From contig JAUCBJ010001616.1 of the NCBI GenBank assembly GCA_032718475.1, forward strand, positions 62,001 through 126,000: a DNA stretch of 64,000 nucleotides. The letters are read 5' to 3'. A model generated the notes under the pieces. That model was not told the origin of the DNA. It worked only from the letters and a program-made list of their open reading frames with translations, and did not search any database. Every line of letters starts with the position of its first letter. The stretch's first letter is position 1. The position numbers and the translations under genes are program-made. Shown here piece after piece: positions 48,864 through 61,304 of this stretch. The DNA is from Nemertoderma westbladi. Its lineage: Eukaryota > Animalia > Xenacoelomorpha.

Positions 48864-50418
48864 CCCTATTAGTACCGGGCTATAAAATGTTGTACAAATA
48901 CCGGGAGGGGGTCATATTGACCCCCCCCTCTAAAATCTACAAATATTTACGAAAACGTCTGATTTCTTGTTTGTACGTAGGTATCACTTGTCTGGATCCG
49001 ACCGAAAAAAAAAATTTCGAAAAAAATGTACTGGGGTGGTTATATTGCAGCACCAAAATTACAAGTAGTGCACAATTTTCACCAAATTTGAAAGTTACAT
49101 TTTCGGCTAATTATTTTTCAATACAGGTTTTCTGGGGTGCAAAATACATTGGAAAATATTAAAAAATGATATGATTACTATAAATGGCTGTTTAGTCCTC
49201 TCTGCGTAGGAAAAAAATGAAAAAAACAAGTAACCAGCACTTTTCAGTTAGAACACAAAATTTTTAATTCACTTATACGATGCTATAAATTCACATTTTC
49301 AGGTTTTCGAGGGCGCTGATTCTAATGGAATACATTTCTAATATGCCAGATCATTGCTACTTGTATTTTTCGGCGTTTTTTGGCAAATTTTGGTGCTAGC
49401 ACCAAATTTCGTACCCATCACCAAAAAGTACAAGTTTGCGATGTCCAGTGCTGTTTTTATTGATTCCATCGGATTCAGGACCCTCATAAACCCGTATAAC
49501 GCAAGAAACAAGGTGATACTATCTACTTATCAATTTGCATATTTTCCAAAATTTGGTGCTGGCACAACAATTTTCACCTACCGGCGAAAAATACCATTTT
49601 GAGAACACTTATGAAATTTTTACTGATTCCATTGAATTCAGAACCATCACAAACCCATATAACGCAAGAAACAAGGTGACACAATCAATTGATATATTTG
49701 ATGGTTTTCAAAATTTGGTGCTAGCACCACATTTTGCACCCACATCCGAAAAATACAAGTTTGAGATGTCTAGTTCGATAATTATATTTTCCATTGAATT
49801 CAGAACAGCCATAAACCTCTAAAACCCAAGAAATAAGTTGTCACAAGCAATTTTATCTATTGAATGGATTTTCAAAATTTCGTGCTTGCACCAAAATTTG
49901 CACACAGCACCGAAAAATACAAGTTTGATACGCTTGGTGCAACTCGTATATATTTCATCGAATCTAGAAACCCAAAAAACCCCAATTGCGTAAAAAACAA
50001 GTTTCAAACGATCAATTTACAAAATTGACTTATTTCAAAATTTGGTGCTGGCACCAAAATTTGGCACCCACCGAAAAAAACAAGTTTGAAATTTCTAAAT
50101 CAATTTATATGAATTCCATCAAATTTCTAACACCAAAAAACCGGTGTAAATAATAAATAGAGATGTTACAATTCATATTTAATGAAATGTAATTTTCAAA
50201 AAACGTCTCAAAAAAAGTGCCAAAAGTAGGGTTAAAAAATGGTGCTATAACTCGAAAAGTACCCAATATTTTTGAAAACGGTTTTCACTACTAGGAAGAC
50301 AATAGATTTTTAGGAAAGGTCATAAAATTTCAGATTCCTAACTGCGTTTGTTTCAGATTTATAATAAAAAAACCACGGGAGGGGTCATATTGACCCCCCC
50401 CCCCCGGGTTTAATAGGG
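48864..50418. mobile_element. Non-autonomous piggyBac (MITE) with TTAA TSD
   Basis: TTAA|CCCTATTA...TAATAGGG|TTAA; subterminal palindrome GGGGTCATATTGACCCC near both ends; internal degenerate repeats. Confidence 0.9.
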
Positions 50419-53400
50419 TTAAAGCATTTATGCCAAAACGAAAACTATCCTGGCCCGCCTGCAGGGGTAGAACCCCACGACCTCTGGAGCGATATTAATT
50501 CAAGGAAATGAATTTAAATGCTACGCAAGGCTTGGAAAAATTTAATATGCGTGTTTGTATTAGGACACGACCCTTAAAAATACAAAGTAAGCTGTCACTT
50601 TGTTCGTTCAATATGCTCAAATTAACAATAAACACAATATTGCAATGTTCTAGAGTTAATATACGGAAATAAAAACCTTCAGCGAATAAAACTGTAATAA
50701 TCACTTCTGCCTTATCCTTCAGCAAATTAACCTAATATACAATACAGGTTAATTTGCTTCTGGAACGGCATCAGTGATTATTCAGTCTTATTCGCTTCAG
50801 GTTATTATTTCCGTATATTAACTCTAGAACATTGCAATATTGTATGTATATTAGATATTAGATATTTGATATTTTTGTTTATTTTTGATATTGTTCATTT
50901 TCATTATGTTTGATATTTTTTTTTATCTGTTCTTTATTATATTTTTCATAAATGGCGAATTTTCAAGGATCTAGAAGCCTTAACATAGTATCAACTGCAA
51001 CTCTGTCAGAGGTGCCTCTTTGGCAACTATAAAAGGTTTATGTAGTTTTGCCGATATTATTTGTTTACATGAGATTATGCTCCCCAAACAGGAGCTTGGT
51101 TTTTTACAAACAATTTCAGATAATTTTTATGCAAAGGGATTTAGTCCTGTTGACTTACAGGAACAATTACTAATTGGAAGGCCATATGGCGGACTAGCAT
51201 TTTTGTGGCGTAAAGTATTGGGAAAAATTATTGTAATTTTAAAGGATATTGGTGATGATAGGATTAGAATTGCAGTAATTAATACACATGAAACTGAACC
51301 TTACTTGTTTAACGTGTATCTTCCATACGAATGTCCAGAAAATGTAGACGATTAATTGGATTACTTGGGTACCCTCACTTCCCTCATAGATGAGATGAAC
51401 AGTCCTTTAATTGCTATTGTAGGAGATTTCAATGGTGACCCCTCAAGACGGAACTTTGGTAATTTTATCAAATTTTTTGTAGAAGATGCCGGGCTCACAT
51501 GGAGAGATTTTGAACGTCAATCAACAGTTACACATACATTTGTCAGTTCAGCCCATCATACTACATATTGGCTAGACCACATCGTATGTAGCGGTTCTAT
51601 GGACTCTAAAGTGTTTCACGTATCAACATTCCCAGAATTACTAACTTCCGATCACATACCGATATCTATGATACTATCTTTGAATTATGAGTTACGCTTT
51701 TGCGACGCGGGAATTCCACCAGGTACAACTCTAGAAAGTTCAGGATCAGTTAGTTTTTGTTTCTCAAAATCCCCCAGTAGAGACTGGTCTCGCGCAACGT
51801 CTTGTCATTTAAACTCATATAAAAGTGTTTTAATTAAGGAACTGAAAAGTATAGATATTCCGTACAGCGTTCTTTCCAACACATCCATTGACATTAGTGA
51901 TGATAATCGTACTCAGGTAATAGATGACTATTATGAGAATATTGTTGATGCCATTTTAAGAGCGTCTAAGGAATCAATTCCGGCTCGTCCTTGTGGAGAG
52001 AAGGATAATAAACATGACCACTCGGTGCCAGGTTGGTCTGAGTTGGTTAAAGATAAATACGATCAGGCCAGGGAGGTCTTCTTATGGTGGCGCGCAGTCG
52101 GTAGTCCTAGAGATGGTCCTATCAGTGTGGAAATGCGTAGAACACGTGCGTTTTTCAAACTAGCTTTTAATTAATGTCGTAGGACTGCAGAAAGAATTAA
52201 ATCTGACAAATTAGCAGAAAGTCTCTTACATAGAAAACCCAATGATTTTTGGATAGAGGTCTCCAAGATGAGTAACCAGCATACAGTCATACCTGACAGT
52301 GTAGATACAGCAAATGGTGAAGAGGCTATATGCGATATATGTGGCGCACTGAGTATAGTCAGCTGCTTAATCAGGATCCCAAGAAAAGCAAGGAACACAA
52401 ATGGAAGATCTAGTACATAATTTGATCCCCGACAGTGAGGAAAATCCGAAGGATAGTGCAGTGAGCGCGTCAGAAATTTTCGAGGCCATTAAGGAATTAA
52501 GTGGAGAGAAAGCAATTGGGACAGATGGTGTAAGTGCAGAACATTTACTCTATGCACCAGCCGAGTTATCTGTGCATATTTCTTTTTTGCTAACAACTTC
52601 ATTGTCTAACAGTTACTTTCCATCAAAGTTTATTGTAAGTTATATTGTACCTGTTTTAAAAAACAAGAATGAAAAAATAACTGATAACTGTAATGATAGA
52701 CCAGTTGCAATATCAAATATTTTGTCTAAAGTTCTATAACGAGTGATTCTTACGCGTTATAAATCACATTTAATAGTCGCTGATAATCAATTTGGTTATA
52801 AAGCTAATCATAGTACTGATTTCTGCAATTTTGTACTGAAGGATATAGTATCAGAATACATCCGTATACATATTACATATGCTTAATTGATGCCTCAAAG
52901 GCTTTTGATAGGGTGATCCATTCATTAATATTATTTTTTAAGTTATTAGACAAGGGCGTGCAGAAATCTGTACTTATTCTACTCACGTCTACTGGTATAG
53001 TCGTCAAGAAATATGTGTTAAATGGGGAAAGATATTTTCTGGTTTATTTTTTGTAACCAATGGAGTTCGTCAGGGTAGTTTAATATCTCTTGTGTTTTAT
53101 AATGTATATATGGATGATCAAACTATTTTACTAAATAATAGTGGTTTAGGGTGCAAAATTAATAATTGTAGAGCTAATAATATTTCTTACGCAGATGACA
53201 TTTCCCTTATGGCAACAAGTACTCTAGCGTTACAGAAATTAATTGATATTGGAAGTAAATACGCTAACGATCATTGTCTTACATTTAATTTAAAGAGAAC
53301 GAAATGTTTATATTTTAAGGCACGTTCTAGAACAGATTTTCCACAGTGCGGTGTATTTAAATAGGGAAGTTGTCAAGGTTGTTACTAGTGCTACTTATCT

Positions 53401-53809
53401 AGGTCATATCATTAACACGAACATTAATGATAAACCAAGGACTTCTAGAACATAGTATATATTCAGGACGCGATGCTCGCATATAGTGTTAATTTTATTA
53501 GAGGCCGGTTTTTTCTATTCAGTGTAGGCCTAATTACTTTAATTTACAGAAGTAAACTTCTCAATTTCCTTTCATTGTTTTTAATGCAAACGTTTTTAAT
53601 GTTTTTAATTTGTATTGCTAACAACCTAATGTACTAATGTACTTAATGTAAATATTTTACGACAATTTGCTAGCGATAATTTATTAGTACAAAAAATAAC
53701 TAACACTGTTGAAAGATATTCGAAATAACCTTTGAAATTGTTCTCTGTTCAAAATTTCAGTTTTCTCTTCTTTCTATTGTTAGTCTCTACATCTCTGACA
53801 TTAGCCGCT

Positions 53810-54445
53810 TTATTGCTGTAGAACTTGGAGAGTCCCTTCATCATTATATTGCAGAGTCTGGATAATACCTGCCTTCCTACCATCAATAGCACTATCTACC
53901 ACGGTATTGTCATATATGATATCGACAAATCGCCTCATCCTGGTTGTACATCCAATATAGCGCCGTTTGGTAAGTGACAGTGAAGCACAGGCTAGATGAA
54001 ATATATCTGCACGGGGAATTGAAAGCTTTCCTCTAGAGACCATGTTCGTGAAGTCACACTCTGGAAGTTGTGAACAATCTCCAAGTTCTGAGACATCAAT
54101 GGGCAGTTGTTTCTTGAAGGTCACATAGCCGCATGCATACATCAAAGCGCTTTTCTCTGTGTCACTAATGCTGTATTTTTCATTTTCAAGGACGTAGTCA
54201 ATATCTTCCAGTTCATTATTAGTTAATTCGCTCGTGCAGCAGTGGTTCTTTTCGTGACTAATAGGTTCGATGTCAAAGCTGTGGTAAATCTTCGCTCGTC
54301 GTAATCTCTCTGAATACATGACCTGTTCTAGAGAGATGTTATAATTTCCGCCACTCATTTGCCTATATACTCCAAACTCTCCTTCGATCGGATCAGACTG
54401 TAGTAAGCCAAGCAAGACATAATTATATCCATTGACTCTAAGCAA
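53810..54445 (-). pseudogene. C-terminal part of the P transposase
   Basis: YVLLGLLQSDPIEGEFGVYRQMSGGNY matches the QD..E..F..R..GG.N motif around the catalytic Glu. Confidence 0.85.
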
Positions 54446-54539
54446 GTCCTCTATCTGACAGATCTTTTGTCAAACTCGTCAGATCAGGTGATATTTTATC
54501 TAACTGAATGAATTCCGCTAGTTCATCTCCTTGTTGATT

Positions 54540-54857
54540 TCAGATACTCGAAGATACTCCACGCTTATTAACTTCTCTTGATGATGATGAAGTTTGTCTG
54601 TTGTTTATATCAGTTCCGAATACTGATGGAGCCTCCAGCGGTCTTTCATACCTTTTTATCTTGATCATCTCAGCGTTTTCTGGCCAATGTCGCGCACATA
54701 CTCCAATATTTGGCGTTACTTTCTCTATTCTATTTGGTATATTCTCCAACCAATAATGTTGGTCTATTAAGTTTTTTGGGAACTGGTAAACTGTTACCTT
54801 CTCTTCTTGCGAGGCATAATTTCCTTCACAGCCTGCCACAGAGCATTTGCGTGGCAT
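54540..54857 (-). CDS. THAP zinc-finger domain of the P transposase (105-aa ORF)
   Basis: MPRKCSVAGC..FPK..W..VCARHW..APSVF is the C2CH THAP signature. Confidence 0.85.
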   Translation of the reverse strand: MPRKCSVAGCEGNYASQEEKVTVYQFPKNLIDQHYWLENIPNRIEKVTPNIGVCARHWPENAEMIKIKRYERPLEAPSVFGTDINNRQTSSSSREVNKRGVSSSI

Positions 54858-55933
54858 CGATAATGTGATGATTTGCAGAGATTATCAAATGTCTGTTATA
54901 TTATTATCATGTACTGTATGTTCGAACTAATTGACTGATAAATTATGAGATCTACTCACCCATGGAATACTAAATAATTATACATGTATATTTAGTATTC
55001 CATGACTCACCTAATGCTACTTACAGATCATTTCTATTTAAATGTTAAAAATATTATAATCTTAAAATATTTCAATAATAAAAAAAAATACGTTTTAAAA
55101 AAGTAGCAACAACTAGCTAGTATGTACAAGATCTTTTAACTTGATGAAACAAGTTCTTGAATAAAAAGTTAAGATTAAAACCAAGGGGTCCTAAACTATT
55201 TGATTGTTAAATTTGCGAGAAATTTCCACTGTGTTTCTGTTTACTATGTAATAGGCAATACTATTAATTGTATATGTGCAACTATAGATAGTTTATGTAT
55301 TGGTAATTTTTGTAATAATATTGTAGTATAATTTCCGCCATTACTATAGTATTTCAACTGCATTTCTTTTATTTAGCTACACTTTATCTATAAACTAAGA
55401 AACTAAGATAATGAATACCGGCCTCTAATAAAATTAATTAACACTATATGCGAGCATCGCGTCCTGAATATATACTATGTTCTAGAAGTCCTTGGATAAA
55501 CTCGATATTGAAAATCAAACTCGTAGCCTGTACCGCAGAGGTAACAGTATTGTTAGGAAATTTAATAATTGTTCAACTGCAGTTAAAAATACTTTGTTTA
55601 GATCATTTTGTTCCGGTATCTATGGGTGTAGTCTGTGGTCCGTATATACAGTTAGTGCATTAAAATCAATACAGCTCGCTTACCACAGGATCTTTCGGAA
55701 ATTACATCATTACCCCAGTAATTGCAGTGCAACAGAAATGTTTATATTTAATAGGGTTCCTACTTTCTTACATATAAGACGTAGATCAGCGTACAGTTTA
55801 TATTCTAGAATACAACTATCTGATAATTCCATAGTTAGGTGTGTTCGAATGTTACGTTTTAAGTACGATTCAAGTTTATGGTCTGTATTTAATTTCCTTT
55901 TGTTCTAGTTTCTACGAATTAATATCAATATCT

Positions 55934-56774
55934 GTGGCTGGCCACGAGAAAAGGGACCTTATGTCACCGGAGGTCGATTTTGAGTTATTAGGCCTACGAG
56001 ATGCAGAATTTTCCAGAGATTTTAACAAAAAAAACGGTGTCTCAATATCAATTTCTAAAAAAAAGTTATAGCGATTTATGTGAAGGTGAATCGGGTAGCA
56101 AAAATTTTTTTAATAATAGCGGTTATAATAAGCGATTATTTAAAAAAATGGAAAATATTAATAATATCATAGCAATTCTTACTATATAGTTAGGCAGTTC
56201 AATGTTAATTGGCTTTTTATACAACTTTTAACACTTTGAAACTATTAATATTGTTCATGAACTATTTAAAAAAAAAATTTGCAAAATTTTCAAAAAAACA
56301 TGTAGGCCTAACCAAAAAAATTTTTTTTTAATTTAACATTTTTTCAAAAAGATAAATTTTTTTAACAAATTTTAAAATTATTTGTATTTTGAATTCTTTA
56401 TTGGGATTACAAAATTTAAGAACTAACGAATTTAAATTAAGAAAATGACAGCCATATTACATTTAAAAAATAACTGTAGGCCTACAGTACCTATTACAGT
56501 ATTAGAATTTCATTTTATTACAGTCCTAAATTCAGACATGAAAACCCTAAGACAGTGTTGTATACAACACTGCAACATCTTATATTGCTTCCTGTAATTA
56601 GTTATTTCCTAGGTATATTGAATATCAGAACCAATTTGAATTTCCCTCATCGTTTTATACATTTCTAAATTGATAATCCAATTAAATTTGTTCAAAAATA
56701 GAGGGAAACTTTAAACGCGATTATCTCAGAATCAGGTTTTGCGACATAAGGTCCCTTTTCTCGTGGCCAGCCAC
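55934..56774. mobile_element. Non-autonomous DNA transposon with 4-bp TSD (Sola-like)
   Basis: 32-bp TIR GTGGCTGGCCACGAGAAAAGGGACCTTATGTC; TSD ATCT at 55930-55933 and 56775-56778. Confidence 0.85.
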
Positions 56775-57542
56775 ATCTACAGTACATATTATACATACTT
56801 AACACTATATTGTGCTATTTATCTATGCGTCACTATAATATTGTATATGGGCCTTGGCCTGAATTAAAGATAACATAACATACCATGAACTGTAAAAAAG
56901 GTCCACCACCTATTGCTCAGCTTGAAACAAATCAATTTAATTTAAATTACGTTTAGCAGACCTTATATGTTTGGTGTTAATCAACACCAATTTCAATTTG
57001 ACATTAATATATTAAACATAGACCCTAATACTATATTTCGGTAATTATAACAATATAATAATAAATGTAATAATAATCAAATAATAAATGTACATTAAAA
57101 AATATACTTTATTATCCTTCCCATCTCTAGATTAGTTTATCGTAGCGTTCGCCTGTAAAATAAAGTGATTTTGGATGAGCGATAGATACCAGTAAGGCAT
57201 ATTTTATTTATTGTCATATAAAGGAACAGATTTCAGTGAAAAAGTTTTTTGAATTTTTAACAATAATAATTATTTATTACATGATAAAAAAACTAGAACT
57301 TTTTTCATTATTTTAATTGCATTATTTTGCATTTAATTTTGCATTATATTCTTAGTTAAGAAGATATAATAATGTAGTTGTATTTACTTTACACAGGCTA
57401 AACCAATAAAGGGCGAAATTTGTATGGACACCTCCATCCCCGGAACCATGGACCCCACCTTGTCTGAAAGCATCCAACATCGTATCCATGGACTAACTTC
57501 TCTGAAAGCCTCCAACATTGGAACCATGGACCCCTACTTCTA

Positions 57543-57720
57543 CGATCGGCATGCTGCATTGCAGCTGCATTATATATATTACATTACATATTAAGAATGA
57601 TATGCCGGCTTGTCGACAAAATTCCTCCCCCAAAACTCCCTATCACCCAAGATATTTGCTAGATCATCCGCATCTTTAGGGCCAGTGTCCTTTAAGATGT
57701 GTCTTAAGAAAGTCATGGGT
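57543..57720 (-). mobile_element. RTE 3' end fragment
   Basis: Reverse complement of the 14210-14370 family end (PMTFLRHILKDTG). Confidence 0.8.
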
Positions 57721-58424
57721 TCACGCAGTGCTTTTGGGAATTTTGTCCAAAAGACTTTCAAGGATGCGATATGTACTGGCAGTATTTATCGTGTGATATA
57801 GCATGTAATCTGGCGAATATAATCTAATCTCGAAATGTATGTCAACTTGTGTTAGTGGATCGTTAGTTGAGGAGTTGCTTTGTTGATAAGCCGGCATAAC
57901 ATTCTTAATGTACGCTGCATTGGGTTTGCCAAATCTGAATTACATGGTGGTGACAAAATGTTATTGTCCAACCGGCATAGCATCTCAAATAGTTTCAATG
58001 CTGTAGGCCGACTATAGTAGTTGTAGTTATTGGTTCGACCCATTAATCCTAATCCATCATGTCTGTCCCCTTCCATACTATTACACTTGTACAGATAGTC
58101 TAATATTTTATTTATTGCTGAAGACTTACAACACATCGTAGGCAACCATCTCAACTCATTTTTCCATCCGGCACGGCACTATAGCAACTAAAACCGTAGC
58201 TAACTGCCACAAGTGATGTAAGAATCAACAATTGTTTCATAATTATTGAAATAATTTTATACTAAAGAGATTGTAAAAGTTTAATATAATATGTTAACAA
58301 AATAAATAATATTTTTTCAAATAATAATTAAGACAATCTGAAGGCAATGCTATAAAAAAATGTAGTAATGAATCAAAAGCAAACGCACAAATGGCACAAG
58401 TTTTCCACTCTCTCTGTCTGTCTT

Positions 58425-59775
58425 TATCTGTCGGTCTCTGTTCGCCCCCTTCTTGGTTCGGTCCGGGTCTCTGTCCACCACCTGGGTTTGGTTCGGGCCT
58501 CTGTCTGCCTCATAAGCCAACTGGGGGTAATTGACCGACCCCTTGCCTTGGTTCGGTCCGGGTCTCTGTCCACCCACTGGGTTCGGTCCAGGACTCTGTC
58601 CGCACCCTGGTTTGGTCCAGGACTCTGTCCGCTCCCTGGATTCAGTCCGGGGCACTGTCCGCCCCATTGGTTCGGTCCGGGTGTCTGTCCACCCCCTGGG
58701 TTCGGTCCAGGACTCTGTTCGCACCATGGTTCGGTCCAGGACTCTGCACGCCCCCTGGGTACGGTCCGGGACACTGTCCGCCCCCTTGGTTTGGTCCGCG
58801 TCTCTGTCCACCACCTGGGTTTGGTTCGGGCCTCTGTCTGCCCCATAAGCCAACTGGGGGTAATTGTCCGACCCCTTGCCTTTATTCGGTCCGGGTCTCT
58901 GTCCAACCCCTGGGTTCGGTCCAGGACTCTGTCCGCACCCTGGTTTGGTCCAGGACTCCGTCCGCTCCCTAGGTTCAGTCCGGGACACTGTCCGCCCCAT
59001 TGGTTCGGTCCGGGAATCTGTCCACCCCCTGGGTTCGGTCCAGGACTCTGTACGCACCCTGGTTCGGTCCAGGACTCTGTCCGCCCCCTGGGTACGGTCC
59101 GGGACACTGTCCGCCCCATTGGTTCGGTCCGGGTCTCTGTCCATCCCCTGGGTTCGGTACAGGACTCTGTCCGCCCCCTGGATACGGTCCGGGACACTGT
59201 CCGCCCCATTGGTTCGGTCCGGGTCTCTGTCCACCCCCTGGGTTCGGTCCAGGACTCTGTCCGCCCCCTTGGTACGGTCCGGGACACTGTCCGCCCCATT
59301 GGTTCGGTCCGGGTCTCTGTCCACCCCCTGTGTTCGGTCCAGGACTCTGTCCGCACCCTGGTTCGGTCCAGCACTCTGTCCGCCCCCTGGGTACGGTCCG
59401 GGACACTGTCCGCCCCCTTGGTTTGGTTCGGGTCTCTGTCCACCACCTGGGTTTGGTTCGGGCCTCTGTCTGCCCCATAAGCCAACTGTGGGTAATTGTG
59501 CTCCCCCTTGCCTTGGTTCGGTCCGGGACTCTGTCCGCCCCCTTGGTTCGGTCCGGGACTCTGTCCACCCCCTGGGTTCGGTCCAGGAGTCTGTCCGCAC
59601 CCTGGTTCGGTCCAGGACTCTGTCCGCCCCCTGGGTACGGTCCGGGACACTGTCCGCCCCCTTGGTTCGGTCCGGGTCTCTGTCCACCCCCTGGGTTCGG
59701 TCCGGAACTCTGTCCACCCCCTTGGTTCAGTCCAGGTCTCGGTCAGCCCCCTGGGTTCGGTCCGGGACTTTATCA
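58425..59775. repeat. GC-rich ~30-bp minisatellite (GGTTCGGTCCGGGACTCTGTCCGCCCCCTG)n
   Basis: About 40 variant units; the spacer CCATAAGCCAACTG(G/T)GGGTAATTG recurs at ~58510, ~58844 and ~59475. Confidence 0.95.
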
Positions 59776-60724
59776 ATGATGAGTGATTTTTTGCCGAGTT
59801 GGCAACCGTTGGATCGAGTTTTGTAATGCAGCAGAGAGAGAATAAACCATAATAATTTATTGGCGCTGATCTGCGAAAATCATATCAGATCATTGTAGGT
59901 CAACTATTACAGTTTCATTTAACTCAGTCTGACTCTTGAGCCTATATCTATCATTACTGTGATGTGTCTATTTTTGATTCCTTAAAATAATTCAAAGTAT
60001 CATTTTTAGTGTATTTGTCCATATCACATCAAGGCGGTAATGTAGACTTGTGCCGGACTTCACATTTTCTGCGACATCTCAAGAACTATTCCCTCTATGT
60101 TTGTTTTGAAGGTGTCTACCCCCACCCCCGGTCATTGCGGTTCTAATGAACATAATATTAATGTAGTAGGAGAACTCAAAGTTGGCCAACGCGAAAATTT
60201 GAGAATAATCAACACTTGCGCCAAATGGTAGGTTCTGGCCATGTGCCTGTGGCACTAGTTCCCTTGATCCATAAAAAATAAAAATTTTGTAATCTAACTA
60301 AGTTTGGACACATTGGATGACATTTTATGTATGCAGGAAGTTCTTTCATGAGTCATTGATCTTTCATCCATGTGTTTATATTGCTATAAATTTCATTATG
60401 GTTAATGCTATTATTATATCGCTGATTGTGCTTTATAGATCTGATATTACGAACAACTGTAACTATAAACTCAGTAATTTTACCAGCCTTCGGCCTTTCA
60501 GCATCCTCAACAGCCGTTCAGTAGCCTAACAGACGCGGCGACGAGTATTTTCCACACGACTCAAAATACCACACCGGTCGGGATCCTCGCCAACTCGGAT
60601 CCCGTCACACTAACTCCAGACATTATTTTGTTAATAAAAAAAGCATTGCCTTACTTTATGTTGTCTGTTTTACAAAACATTGGAAAGTGTGTTTGTATTG
60701 AATAGTTTGCGATGGCAGAAATTA

Positions 60725-61151
60725 TAAAGTGCTAACTCGACGAGATTGTTACGTCTCATAAAAAGCAATCAATTAGTTCAATATGACTGCCATCAATTTC
60801 ATACTAGGTTAGCACTACAGTATAATATTCAATTTACTTTTAAAATATTATACTACTAACATTTACACATTGCAGTTAGCACTATATTAACTTTACTATC
60901 AAAATGTTATACTGCTAACATTTACACACAAAGTTAGCACTACAGAAGATTCAGCCGATATAGTGATGCACACATGAGACGCTAGGGGGCGCATCGCAAT
61001 TTACACATACACATGTACGTGTTTGCAACAACTTTAAAGTGCTAACAGCCAAACTGAAAGCAAATTTGGACCAATCATGGCTTAAGAATTCATTTGGCAG
61101 GTTTGGTTAGCACTTTAAGTTAGCACTTTAAAAAAGTTAGCACTTTACCCT
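60725..61151. mobile_element. Probable MITE remnant with AAAGTGCTAACT/AGTTAGCACTTT motifs
   Basis: Multiple subterminal motifs in both orientations; ends TTTACCCTA (TAGGG-type terminus). Confidence 0.45.
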
Positions 61152-61304
61152 AAAAAGCTGCTGTATAGTTAGACCTTTAGGGGTTCTACAAACACATTCA
61201 CGGTGACACACTTACACCCTTTATATTCGTAATTGTAGTTGACTATTTTATTCGCATGTCCTTAGATCATCATAATGATGATGGGTGATAACTCCACCTA
61301 CTGT

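Larger units (their letters stand above)
53436..55494 (-). mobile_element. P-element-superfamily transposon, internal deletion derivative
   Basis: ~70-bp TIRs CAAGGACTTCTAGAACATAG...; 7-bp TSD GATAAAC at 53429-53435 and 55495-55501. Confidence 0.93.
50950..56880 (+). mobile_element. Degenerate APE-RT LINE (same clade as 38780-41880), interrupted by two DNA transposons
   Basis: GRPYGG, GDFNGD, WLDH, VPGW, NQFG and YADD motifs. The frame resumes INDK|LDIENQ across the P element. Ends with a short ACATA-type tail at ~56870. Confidence 0.9.

Noticed and set aside
58350-59826. Multiple 200-455 aa ORFs
   Set aside because: Overlapping frames on both strands from a 30-bp minisatellite; not called as CDS.
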